Source: Kudoa neothunni
Lineage: Eukaryota > Animalia > Cnidaria
Direction of reading: 5' to 3'
DNA length: 64,000 nucleotides
Assembly: GCA_964304625.1 (NCBI GenBank)
Contig: OZ199838.1
Span: forward strand, 5,592,178-5,656,177
The position numbers were made by a program, and so were the translations under genes. The notes below the pieces were generated by a model. That model was not told where the DNA came from, did not search any database, and was given only the letters and a program-made list of their open reading frames with translations. Of the stretch, positions 50,658 to 64,000 are shown piece after piece (positions within the stretch are counted from its first letter, which is position 1; each line of letters starts with the position of its first letter).

Positions 50658-53600
50658 CTTCAATATATCGTCTAATGTGGTTTTAATGATTACATAATTG
50701 GATTTTTTTGTCCGCTTGGGAATGTATAATTCGTTTTGACCAATCCTCATTATTTAAATATCTATGGGGATTCCAGTTCCCATAACATATGAATAAAATA
50801 ACTTGCATCGTTCTCTATTGATATAACTAATGGTCAAGGTGTGTTTCTTTGTTAAATTTGGTTTAATGCTGCAAAATCTGTTTTATTTTTTTATAAAGGT
50901 TCTTCGAGCTTTGAGTTAAAATTAAAATTTAGTTATTTAAAACATCTTTTAGTGAGCTAGAATAATATTTCCCGGAAAAAATTAGTACTGTTCTCCATCG
51001 TGAATAATGGAGAAATTTACTTCCTCTGATAGGTGGGGTCAAATTTAGGAAGGAACTATGGGTGGAAATTTTTCCGCGATAAATTTGACGAAACATTGTC
51101 ACTGCGGATGGCGTACTTAGTGACTACTAAAATTCGTTATTATAATCCACAATTTATAATTATTTTTCATATTAAAGACTTCAAGTCAATTTTATTTGGG
51201 TTTTTTAACATAAGTGAGAATAATACTTTATTGTTAATCGAAAAATATCATTTATATGTGACTTTGATTCATAAAATATACATTCTTATATTATACGAAA
51301 TTTTCGAAAATTATCATAGAAGGAAGTATAAATTCTTGCCTTTGAATACAAATTCATTTATATTTAATTATTTTTTAGTTTAAAAAAATTGTTTGTAGAA
51401 AAATTGAAAGTGTGACAGAAAATTAAATGAGTTTTAATTGAAAAATTTCCATATATTTTTTTCCTTCTCACTAACTCTTATTTTTAACGTCAATAAGTTG
51501 ATTTAATAATAAAAAAATAATTATTCCTCTTAATCTTAATTGTATTTTTTATTATAAAATAAACGTGAAAACATTAATAACAGGCAAAACACGCAAATAA
51601 ATATTTTTTGGAATGTAGTGTAAAACAAGGTTAGGCCTTATTATTCAATTTTTAAAATATCACCAAAATATTAATATCTAATTTAAGAACACATAAAAAT
51701 ATTTGAGAATTGATGTATAAATAAAAATGAATTCACGTTTTATTCCCACGATAATGTGACGTATTGGAACTTTTCGTTTTAGAAAGCAATAAATTCTAAT
51801 TTTGATTTATTAACTCGTTTTCTTATTTTAAGGATCTTAAGCTTTGGTTGGTATTAAAATAAGTCTCTTTATTTTTGTGTATGCTGGCCATTCGTCGCTA
51901 TTTATTGACCACTGTAGCAATTCACTAGAAAGACACGTACGTTAAACTGGTTGTCGTCATCTCCTGCCACCTGACAATAGTAAGGAAGTAACTTCTACAT
52001 CTGTCCTTTGATCACGTAATTTTAAATTATTGGAGACAAGGATTACTTCTTTTCTCAAAAATATCTTACTTCCTTAAGGGTTCTTTTATTATTAGGGACG
52101 TAAGATCATAAACAAAGTCTAAACACCCATTGACCGTCTATTCTATTCTTAAAGTTTTTGGAATTAAGACAAATGACTGAATGAATATAATATAGATTTT
52201 GATATTTATACATCAGATACACGTGTGCTCTTACTATAATTTGTCGCAATATAGAGAATATTCACACCCACTTATGCTTTCTTAGAATAACTAATTGATA
52301 GATATAATTTTCCAATTATTACTATTATTATATCTCGTTTGTACAGGAATGCTTTCATGAATCTCCATTTAACTATTTCATCCTATTATTTTTTCTCTCA
52401 GCGTTTGGGAGATTACATCGATTTTGATGGCATAACCATTGCCATCAAACTTTTTGCGATTCGGAAAATGGAATAAAAATCATTCGTATCTGTATGAAAT
52501 TGTTAATAACAACTTTTGATATTTTATCCATGGTTAAAATATCTAAATAGTGTTTACATTGACCAATAATAAATTATCTTTGACATCTTTATTCGCCAAT
52601 TTTCATTTGGCATGACGTTTATATTAGATAAAATATATTTATTGTTGACCTCGCTTTTATTCTTCATATATAGTTTATTTAATAAAAATTTGATGAAAAC
52701 TTTTATCATTTTCACACATCTACATTATAAAACTATATTCATCATTAAAAGAAAGAATCACTTCATTATTATAGCTTTACTTTCAAATAGACTTCCTTTT
52801 TAAGATTTACATTGTGTTGTAAACTCTACATTTACTTTAGCGGTGCTTGGGTCGTCATTTATAACGTTTTTAGGTATAAGCAAATTCATCACCATTATTA
52901 TTTAGTTGAGAAAAGCGCGCTTGTAAGGGTTAAATATTAAAACATTAGTAAATAACTAGAATATCATAAAAAATATTAAAATGAACATGTTACAATTCTA
53001 ACGTGGAATAGCGTGCATTTATAGAAGTTAATGACTCATATGGTGTCGTCTTATATTTACTGCCCGTAAACACACGCCAACTAGAGGATTACGACAAAAA
53101 ATTAGAAAAACTCTTATATATATGAGATATTTAGGATAACTGATGCATGTTCTCTAACTTTTCAAATATCATAAAGAGCAATTGTAAAAAAATTAATAAA
53201 AAAAGTCACATTTCCTTACCGAATTATGATCACAATTAACTACACCATTATCAAATTAAGATGTGACATAAAAACTTATTAGATATTCATTGTAAAGACA
53301 ATAATTACAACAAATATTTCCACGAAATGAACGGCAGGTTCTTCTTTGAATTAGCAACAAAATAGAAAATTCTGAGTTCCAAATATACTTCACCCGGGAC
53401 AGAGAGAGTTAAAGATGGATGTTGCACAGACGTAGACACCATTCAGGATTAAAAATAACCGTGCAAACAGCAACTGTCCTATGTGTATAGTGATCTTCGG
53501 AGCGCACGGAAAATCAACACCACTTTATGATGTAGTAATAATTTGTCAATAAAACCTATATAATAGCCCAAATTATGCGATACTACTTCAAGCTCGTCCA

Positions 53601-55719
53601 ATACTTATATGAGAAGTTGAGAAAAATCGTTAGACAGAGATCTATAGCCACAGCTCACAATCTGGCAACACAAATACCTGGAATTGACAGTGCCAACTTC
53701 CAATAGTAGTACTCTTTTCATTTTTGATGTTAAAAAACCTCATAATATAAATATATTTAAAATTTTACGCTGCTTAGCAAATACAACACATAATGGTCGC
53801 AATGAGTTAGAATGTTTAAGATGAGTAACCGATTAAGTACTAGTGAATAACTGTATGGTGTGGAAATAACATAAATCATATGTTGTGTTAATATTTCCGC
53901 AACAATATTAGTATTTGATGGCTGAAAGCCATGATTGGACACCATGGAGAATCCCATCAGTCAGTTGAACGTTACTACGAATCCGGCCGATCATCGCCGT
54001 ACTTTAAACATGACTGTGGCTCCTTGGTCAAAGTTTTCGATGACGTAGGATTTAGTTTTCTATTGTGCTGATATGATGTATGGGTTAGATTTCTAAAATA
54101 CTCTTCGATTGCGTCGGAAGTGTTGTCCAAGTGCATTAAAACCGATGTTAAAAGTAAACCCGGTTCTCATTCAATTAAAATCTCTTGGTGGGAGAACGGG
54201 AAAATTATAAAATCAGGTGAAACATTTTACACTTATTTTGTTGTTAATTCATTTTCTAGAACACAAAAAGGAATTGTGAACAATTCCCATCGATTAACCA
54301 CGATTGTGTTCAATTATGGAATTTATTATTTTATATTTGATTAATATTTTGGCTTATTTTTTCCTACAAAATTTTAGTAAATCTTCTATCAATTGAATAA
54401 AATTATAAAAACGAGATTTGCATTGCCGGTAGTAATTTTTTGGTAAGTTTAGGTTCGCTTAATAAATTGGGAAATTTTGCATATACATGTTATGCTTAAT
54501 GTGCCGTTTGTATTTTAATTACAACTGTGGAGAATAGAAGTGATTTTAGCAGGGATACGGCAACAAGTAATGATAGCCTCGAAAATCGAGTTCATATCTT
54601 TTATTTATAGTTACGGAGTCCTAACCATGTTTTGTTTAAATTAGGATCATGTTGCAATACTGTAATTTTCAAATCAGTTCGTCAGAAGAGTTACTAAAAT
54701 TGTTAACATTCGAATTTTACTGATTCTGCGCCATTCAAGCTTTCCACGTCTTAGTAATAGTGCGTGGTTTTTTCGGCAGGCGAATATATTTAGTAGCGAT
54801 TGAAACATGTTACGTTAGTTTTAGGCTTAAACATATTTATTACTTCGTAGTTTTCGTTGATAAGAGGAATTTACGACGACAAATTGTAATACCTTTCCGT
54901 TAATTCCAACCTATTTTTTAAGATACATAGCCGAAAAAAGGAATTATCAAAATTAGGAGTAAACCTGACATATGTTAACGGATCGAATCGATAAAACTGT
55001 TAAAATGTTATTTTCGTTGTTAAGTAGTCTGCGCGAATTCGATGACTTAAAAAATATAGGGATTTTTTTTAGATGAATTAAAGTTTTGCAATATCGTCAC
55101 AATTTGGAAACTACGATAAATATTATATGTATACAAAATACGTACAGGATAAGAACGTTTGTGATACCTTTTAACAAATAATAAATGCACGTTTGTAAAA
55201 AATTATTGATTTTCACAGGTCAAGATATAAGATCTGTAATAGTTAATGTTAGTGTCATTTGTTGTAAAATGATTTTACGTGCGACTAAAAAATTAAAACA
55301 TTTAAATCAATTTATGACACATATTATGAATTCATATATTTCATTGATTCGGTTTTTAAATTTTAGATAAGGATTGACGGAAGTGTTGGTGAGGGGCCTG
55401 ATTTGAATTTGTTAACGTTTATAACACTTTAACTTTGGGTTCGTGGGACTCTGTCCTCTCAAATTCTATCTTTGTGGCGCAGCGTATCTCATTATTTACA
55501 CTATAATACTTATTCGTAATTCTAAACATTTGATGGATATACTTACAAAGAATGGGTCAGCTTCTATATTTAATGTAACGAGTGACATCACGTTCATGAA
55601 ATCAACGGTAGGTTGCAATTATACATTTATAACAAACCAAAAACTACTATGAGTCTCTCGTTATTGGAACGAATTCTAACGACAAAATGTGGTAAATATT
55701 TAAAATAAAAAACATTTAA

Positions 55720-56434
55720 TTTGTGGAGTAAGTGAAACTTTATCTTTGGGAACAAAAAAAAATCACAGAATGCCAAACCTGGAGAATATGGTGGATGTTG
55801 GAGCTGTTCAATATTAAATTTAGATAGAAATCGTTGAATTTTGGTGGATGAATAAGCAGGTGGGTTATTGTGATTTAGAATCCAACTACCGCTGCTCCAC
55901 ACCTCAGGTCTCTTTAGACGACTGACATCTCTAAGACGACGTAGAACATTTAGATAATATTCACTAGTTACTGTTTGGACCTCAGGTGCATATTCATAAT
56001 GAACAATTCCCAAGGTGTCAAAAAATACAGTGAGTAAAACCTTTATTTCACTTTTAACTTGGGGCGCATTTTTCGGTCGTGGGGATGATAGAGGACATTA
56101 GTTTATCATATTCTGATACTCTTTGGAAGTGAATCATTGAAATTTCAGAACGATTTTCTTTCTGTTCTTTCGTAAACAAACGTGGAACAACCTTGGCCGC
56201 AATTTGTCTCATTCCAAGATCATCCGTTAAAATTGCGTGACATGACCCAAATGAAATTCCTGTTTCTTCATTAATTTCCCATATGGTTAGTCTTCTATAC
56301 CACTCATAAACTCTAGATCGACTCATAGACCCATTTAAAAATGTCTTTTGAACCATATCATAAGCTTCTGCAGAGGTTTTACCAAGTTTAACGCAAAACT
56401 TTATACAAATCCGCTGTTAATGATTCTCAGACAT
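55720..56434 (-). mobile_element. Degenerate mariner transposase with internal deletions
   Basis: IKFCVKLGKTSAEAYDMV, SRVYEWY, AKVVPRLF (WVP motif variant), VFFDTLGIVHYEY, HPPYSPGLAFCDFFLFPKIK (YSPDL motif variant). Confidence 0.92.
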
Positions 56435-57319
56435 CCGACAGCGCGACGTCGACTTGGATCGTAACTTTTAAAATGTGTTAGAGTTCTTGTAGGTTTCTAT
56501 CAATTTTTTTCTAATGTATAAACAATACGCATGAATATATTTTATATAAGTTTTGACAATTTTAATATAGTTTAAAACACTTTTAATACTCGATATTTTT
56601 TGAACAGATCACCTAGATGTGCTGCAGAACTTTACAAGGATCTTAAAGTTAAAGCTATGTTTCGTCGACGCACAATGTCGAGCACGACTGAGGCAGATCT
56701 AAGTCTTTCCAAAGAGCAGTATAATTCATTCAGGTATATAAAAATTCCCTCAACAGCGAAAATTAAGCCAGATCTCTACTAACGACCGCGTAGGCGTAAA
56801 CACTCAATCGCTCAACTGTCTTCGGAACGTTTCGTATGAACATGAAACAAAGTTGGTCGTTATTGCAATTTATATTTTCATTAAAACTTTTATTCTTAAT
56901 TTTTCTTATTATAATAAAATCTGAAAAGTATTTTTAAGAATATTAATGTGGCAATATTTACTTTAAACTGCGGTAGCAAAGAGTGATGACGTCAGTATGA
57001 ATTCTACTCATTTATCTTAATGCGCATTAAATGAATCGATGTTAACATTGGCATCGTAGCTCTGACTCTCTTCAGAACGAATAAATCTTTCGCCTTTTAC
57101 TAAAGATTTCCGTGGAGGGGGTCAATATGTGAGCCCTTTGCGAATTTTTTGAGCCCTGTGGGCTGTGCACTAAATCAGAAAAAACCTCTTCATTTCGTGG
57201 TCGTGCGATAAATGGGCCCCCATCGTCATGCGTGCGGAAACTGTGTTTTGCCGTTCCTTGCGAGATAGGATGTATGCCGTAAGGATACACGCCATTTTCC
57301 ACCTTAGGTCGGTGTGTTG

Positions 57320-60300
57320 CAGGCAATGCCCGTTCGTTCGTGTCCTCTTTTAGTTACACTATGTCAGGCTGGAGTGTGGAAAGTGTTGAAGAGGCTTTGA
57401 AAACTAGCAGACTTTTCTCTTGGAAAAAATCTACAACGCGTTCTAAAGAATGGGACAATTTCTGTTCCATCTTTACTAAAAACGGGGATGAAACATCCCA
57501 AATTGATTTTATTGTTTGCACAAAGTGGAACAAAGCATTCCCGCATAAGTCGTCTTACGGGAATAGGAAGCTTATTAGTCATAATAAGTTACATGCTAAA
57601 ACAAATACAAATATAAAAATTAATGAATTATTTGTTTCACCTCCCTCCATTGTTAATTTAAGCCTATCAGATCAGGTAATGTTTGACACTAAAATTGCTA
57701 ATTTTGTAGCTGAAACAATCTCCCCGTTTACAATAACAGAAAGTGCATCGTTTACGGAGATGATAAACTTCGCATTTAACTTAGGCAAAAAGTTCAATGA
57801 ACCTAGTGCTAGACTTAAGATTTTATCCAAAAAATGTGTTAAAAAAATAATCATGAATGAGTATGAGTGCATGTATTTAAAAATGGAAAAATTAATTACA
57901 ACAATAAGTCACAATAGTATGTGCCTAACCATTGATATTTGGACTGATAATGCCAAAATCAACTCATTCATTGATATATCAGTGTTGTTTGTTAAAAATT
58001 TCACCCTTCAACATTTCCAATACGACATGATCTATTTTCCTGTAAAACACACTGCCAAAAATATAAATAAAATCTGCACGGAATTTTGTATTAAATTTTC
58101 ACTTAGCAAATCTGATCTAAGAATTGTTTGTGACTCCGCAGCAAACAATCTATCTGGTCTAAGAGAGTTCAACACAACCAGATGTGCTGCTCACCGCCTT
58201 CACACTATTATATCTCAAGGTATTTTATGTATTAAATTTATGTTAAAATTTTGATGAGTAAATAATTGTAAAAGTGATATACTTAACGATATGCTATCTT
58301 GATCTCTCATAATTCTGTTTGGAAAATCAAGATAAAACTGTTATAATCTAAATTTAAATAGTTTATATTTATGTATTTTAATATATTGATTGCACTTTTT
58401 TATCACTAAGTTTATAAATAAATTTTACTTTCGCTATAATATCTAATTTCGATTTTTTTATTATGTGTAGCTTGGGATCTTAGTACAAACAGCACATCCG
58501 ATTTATCCATACTAAGGGTGAATGTTGACAAACTGTGCGGATCCGTTCATAAAACGGCGGATTTACAGTCAAAATTACCAATGAAAATACAATGGGGCTC
58601 AGCTACGCGACCATGGAGAGGCCTCAGCGATCGATATAGGACGTTAGTGGCGTGTTTCGATAGTTTGGAGGATGTGCTAAAAAATCATCCAGCTAAAAAA
58701 TACTTTGACGGATTGGACAAGAAAGAATGCGTTGTTGTAGCTGAATTTTTCAAAATATTTTCCGATTTCTTTGATCAGTTGGAGCAGGTGAAAAGGCCAT
58801 CGTCACATTTTGTAATTCGTTTAAGTTTCGTTTTTTATATTATCGTTAGGTGTTTATTGTATTTCATCGTATCAAAGCAATGATTCAAAAACAACGTGAA
58901 ACTTTTATGGGCGATTATTGTATGCATTTGGAAAGTTTATTGGACGAAAAATACACACAATGTATTGATATCAACCATAAAATCGCAGCTTTTCTCCATC
59001 CAAATTTTAAAAAATTCAAATTTATTGAGTGTAAGTCTTTGCAAAATAAAGAATTAAATTTTGTGGTAAATCACGTTGAGTCGCTTTTGTCTGGCATGGC
59101 TGAACCAAATTACCCATATAAAAAAAAACAAATTTGATGGTAAATCTTTTCTTGTAACAAATATTTAAAAAAATTAGAATTAATCCCAAAGAGCTCGGAA
59201 CTTCTGAAAACCCACTCAATATGTTATGAACTGGATAGTGACTCAGAAGATTTTCAATCAGAAATTCAACTGTACATCCGAGAAAAAGTCAACCAAGTTT
59301 ACGAAAATCCGCTCGTTTATTGGGAAAACTCCAAGAATGAAAATCTTAAAACAATTGCAACTAACGTGTACAGCCGACCAGCATCCAGCTCAATGTCAGA
59401 ACGGGGCGTTTTCATACGCTGGAAAAATTTTATCCAAGTCTAGATATAGACTTGAACAGAACACATTAAGAAAATTAGTAGTTTATACTAATAATATTAA
59501 AAATAAGACACTTCTGGAGTGAATTTAATTCACTCCTTCTCTTTATTATGTTTTATTTTGCATTATCTCAAAAGAAAACTGAACAGACCTAACTTAGCCA
59601 CTTCAAAAATTCACTTCTAACTATTAGACTTATAAAATTAGGGTTTGAAAGTATTTTTATCATTCTAAAAAATGTTTAGGCAGATTTGGCTATAGCGGAA
59701 CTTAATATAACGAGGTTCTGTTTCCTAAATTAATTTGATTATCTTTTAAAAAAAACTGATATCAAATTTGTATTTGGTAATAAAATATGAAATTGTGACA
59801 TGAGGTAACATATCTCAAAAATTCCAGTAAATCAAGGTAAAGATCGTAATTGCTTACATTCAATGCCTCATATTTTTCTTCGCTTAAAATTTAATAGTAA
59901 TTTCATATCTAAGATCTTTTTGGTAATGGTAAAGTATGCGCCACCTAAAAACGCCCGCTTGTGCATGTTATTCGAATATCTTTTTTTCAACAAACATTGA
60001 ATTGTTGTCTAATTCGTTTTGATAATCACTCATAAGTTGGTTATTCTTCATATTTTTTAGCATATAAACATAAATTATACAATATCAGATTTATTTATAC
60101 ATGTTTTTATTAGTTTTAATTACGAATAGTTCAAAAACGAGGACAACTACGTACTCTCATAATGCATTTTCTTAATATTCTTAGTACTGATGAGTTTTTT
60201 AAAAATAAATAAATATTATATTTTAGATAAACATTTAATTTCAATAGGTAAACAATTAAAGGTTGATTATATGAAGTTATTACTTTATTAGAGGAATTTT

Positions 60301-60870
60301 TACGTGTGTTTAGTATAACATTCGATAAAATTAAAAATGTTGTTATTAGAAATCAAAAAATTGTTTTCTATACATTCATTAGTTTTAGTTAATTATATGT
60401 ATAGATCAAAATAATAACCTTAGTTAAAATATTGGGTTTACACTTAGTAATATTCTCAATTCGTACATTGGCCCGAATTTGTTGTTACAAATTTTGACAT
60501 ACACAAAAACTTACAAAATAATTAAAATATAGCTTAATATTTTTTTTTCAATATAATACAAATACTGCAATGTAAAACAGTTTTCTATTGTCATTTTAAA
60601 AAATTATGAACTAAAAAAAATCGTTATATAACAATAGTAAAAAATCAAAATAGTAATAATAAATAACTTTCTCATTAATAACTAAGAAAGAAACGAAAAA
60701 AATTCGGTGTTTGTTGAAAAAATATGGAGATTACATGTGTGTTCGACCCTCGTCCGCTACACCACATACTTCATCACCATCCTCGCACACGAAACGCACG
60801 AATGGTTTCGTTCGTGTTTATAATTATGAAGAAAACTTCGTTCGCTCATGACACGAACGGGCATTGTCTG
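57320..60870 (+). mobile_element. hAT transposon, near full length, with intron-split transposase (57361-59522, frameshifted)
   Basis: TIRs CAG(G/A)CAATGCCCGTTCGT; perfect 8-bp TSD GTGTGTTG. Degenerate BED finger, CLTIDIWTD, IVCDSAANN, RCAAHRLH, TRPW, AAFLHPNFK, and dimerisation motif PLVYW..PASSSMSER..FSYAGKIL. Confidence 0.96.
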
Positions 60871-61059
60871 GTGTGTTGTGTCGTATGTTAATTTAATTGA
60901 TTGATGGCTGGGCTAAAGTCGCGGTTTAATGAGCAACCTTCGGCGTTTGTCATTAGCGCGTCGGTAAACAGAAAAACAAAATTCAAAACGAAGATAATCG
61001 ATTATAATTAATGTTGGTGAATTTGCTTGATAGTTTCTATATAGGAAGAAAAACGATTG

Positions 61060-61994
61060 CTTTTAATTTTTTTTAAATGGGTAGGTCGCCAAATAAAGAC
61101 CTACTAATTCTGATTTCTTATTGGTTATATGCCGAAATTTGCGTTTAAGTGCGCCCAAATGGATTCCATTTTATTAGTATGGACATCATCGCTAGTTTTA
61201 AATTGAACGCTGTGGTTTACAGATTCGTGTTTATAGCCAAGAGATTCAAACGAATAATAACCACGCCACTTATCTGCCCATATTATGGAACTGTGGGCCA
61301 CGTAAGGGGTAATAATATTTTCCAAGTATTGACTGATGTAAGAGATCAGTCAACTCTTGAAAATATTATTATTCTCCTCAACCCTCCAACAATCAAAACG
61401 TTTTTGTTAACAAGAACCCTTCCCTGATGGTATTTTGTTTTACAGATGTTGGATTCATCGATCTGCACAATGACATCCACTCCTCCGATTCGAATCCTGT
61501 ATAAATTGAAATATTCTACATAGATTTCTCGAATGTAGTTTTTCCAATTAACTATCGTTTCTTTGGAACCGATTTTTAGCTGCCTCATTAGCATACTATA
61601 TGACTTTTGAATATCAAAAATATCTAAATACATTATTTTAAATATTTGCCATAGGAGCAGTTTGAAACCTTCGAAAAATATTCCTCTACGTAGGCTTATT
61701 CTTCCCAGGCATGTATTACATGGGGAACCCATAACCATCAATTACAGTATCTTTTTTCAGTCCCATCATTAAGTTGCATTTTTCACAAATTCTCTCTTTT
61801 GGGAGGAATCCTAAGTTTTGCATACTGGCAATGAATTTTTCATTCTCTCTTTTGAGAATATAGACATTTTTTAAAAGCATTGGATCATTGTTTGAGAGTG
61901 AAAAATCCATGTCTATCGCGGCAACTAAAATGTGCGAAAAATGCCTAAGGTTATCCACTAAATCGTACTTTGGCCGATGGCTGTCACCATCCAT
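61060..61994 (-). mobile_element. Degenerate Merlin (ISXO2/IS1595-like) transposase
   Basis: IGGVDVIVQIDESNICKTKYHQGR, IIWADKWRGY, HESVNHSVQFKTSDDVHTNKMESIWAHL, N-terminal CEKC; frameshifted. Confidence 0.88.
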
Positions 61995-63329
61995 TAATTA
62001 AAACCATTATCTTGTTATCAAGCGTTTTGTGAGTTAGTGTAGGTTTCGAATCATTCTCTAATGGATGCTAGGGAATATTTACTTTTGTGGAGCTCAGTCC
62101 ATTATTCTGCCCGGAAAGATAAGATATTTCCGATGTCTATCTTCGGAAAGGAAACAAAATGTGTAATCATTACAAAACAATAAACCCATTCACAATTTGT
62201 TTAATGATGATATAGTTTGATTTTATTTGAAAAAAATATAACCTAATGGGTTTTCATTTTTCTTTTTTATCAAGACTGGTTCGACTAAATGATTATTTTT
62301 GTAACAATATGGGCACCACAACAACTCTTCGGCCCCAAAAAAAGGAGAAACGTTTATAGTTCATTACATAAATCCTGAATATAATGTGAGATACACTGAT
62401 GCTCTTGTAATTGTGTTTTTGCAGGAGCAGTTGAACATAAATTTTGATTAAATTTTTTCTGGGATAAATCTGTTCCCTAATTTCTTCATGATCATCGAGA
62501 TTTTATTAGCCGTTAGTAACTGGTTCATTTTTTGGTAAAAATGATCTTTATAATCTGAACTAAGGTTCTGATTCAAGGCGAAAACTTCCAAGCTATGCAT
62601 AATTATTTGGTTTTATAGTCAGAAACATCGAATGACAATTAGAAAATATAGGCGGCTATTGCCGGCTTTGTAGACACATAAGGACATTCTTACAATTGTG
62701 TCTGGATGCCTTTAACGTACATAAAGCTTTTTTAGTAAATTTTACGCATGATTAAATATAAAAGGTTTGATAAGTATGTATATTAAAAATATGTGCATCG
62801 CCACAAGAAGAAATTAAAAAATAAAAATCAAACAATAATTCAATTGGACCAAAATAAATATGATTTTAATTACACCCAATACCTTGGTAAGTATGGCGCC
62901 TTCTTAAGAATTTTTTGGCGTGTTGGAAATTGCTTTTTAGATTTTGTTGTGTAACCGAATGAGTTACATTTTTTATTCTTTATTGCAATTCGCTGGTTCT
63001 AGACTAGTGTCCAATTCCTCTCACATTATTTTTATTTGTGAAAATACCTCCTCTGAAATATTCTTGAGTTTACTCAAAAACTCTTGAAAAATTATGTGGT
63101 TGACATCACCAAATATTGCATCTTAACCTACCATCTTTAATTTGTTAACAGCGAGTATCGTGATGATGTTTCCCTCTGTTATTTTTCAACATTTGGCTAG
63201 GTGTTGTTTCGGCATGCGATCGTCCGTGGAGCTGTTCATAAAGAATTTAAAAACATTGTTGGCGAGAAACGAAACGTCGGAATCTAATTGTTGGAGGAAT
63301 TCCCCAATGGATAATAAGCAAAATTTACA

Positions 63330-63900
63330 AAGAAGTCAGCAGTTCTTACCACATACTGTGAGATCGGCTGTAACATAACGCTGTTGTAAGCGAAATTTGG
63401 GAGAACTTTTAATGAGGGAGATTTTTTTAATAAATGCATTATTGATGGCTCTGAATCTTATGACGGTTCAGTGAAAAATTTTATTTCTTTCGTCTGATGT
63501 AAAAAGGTAACTTACAAAAAAGTAGAAAACTCTGCCTACTTCTCTTTGTTCTTGGATGAGTCAACTGATATTGGCTCAGCTACACAGTTATATGTTATTG
63601 CTCTTGATATTTCAGATTCGTTGAAGATTGCTGGGGAGCTAATTGGAATGGGTTCCATGAAATGTAAACCACTACAAACAGCGGTATTTTGGAAAGGATG
63701 TTCCAATTACGCAACGATGTTTCATTAAAATTTACACCATTTGTAAACGTAACAATAGATAATGCATCAGCCATGGTAGGTAAGACAAATGGACTTCTAG
63801 CTCTTTTATTGAAGCATCGAGGAAACCAACGGAAACAGTTTCTAAAGCTTCATTGTATTATTTATCCGTAATACTTTTGCAGTAAAGTGCTTGGGTTTCA
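63330..63900 (+). mobile_element. Decayed hAT (Buster/SPIN, GTF2IRD2-like) transposase fragment
   Basis: FSLFLDESTDIGSATQL, VTIDNASAMVGKTNGL, LHCIIYP motifs with frameshifts. Another hAT-like end (CAATGTTTCCCAACC) begins at 63911. Confidence 0.85.
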
Positions 63901-64000
63901 GTCATTAATGCAATGTTTCCCAACCATTTTTTGCCTTGACCCCATATTTTTCCGAAAAAATATCTAGTGACTCACGTAAATATTGATAATTTTTAGTCGA

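Noticed and set aside
51033-55652. Several short AT-rich ORFs (F/I/L/K/N-rich)
   Set aside because: Compositional artefacts with no motifs or splice-consistent structure.

Overview
AT-rich eukaryotic (animal-like) genomic DNA with compact genes split by many short GT-AG introns, separated by decayed DNA transposons. The style suggests a reduced parasite genome such as a myxozoan cnidarian, but that is inference only. Host genes: the 3' end of a probable TOP3A; a small micro-exon-split SelK/SelS-type selenoprotein with an in-frame UGA that the ORF track misses, plus a candidate non-canonical SECIS; a secreted mucin-like protein with a collagen-C-propeptide-like mini-module; a Rae1/Gle2 homologue with a ~400-aa nucleoporin-like FG-repeat N-terminus and a piggyBac in one intron; CTNNBL1; BLOC1S2; BCS1; TEX2; RPA2. 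Mobile DNA: two copies of an intron-containing hAT element with TIRs and 8-bp TSDs, nested hAT MITEs, piggyBac, mariner, pogo/Tigger, two Merlin (IS1595-like) remnants, a tRNA-headed SINE, and a family of ~125-135-bp TG..CA mini-LTR-like elements containing tRNA-like sequence. All gene models were spliced by eye; no database searches were run.
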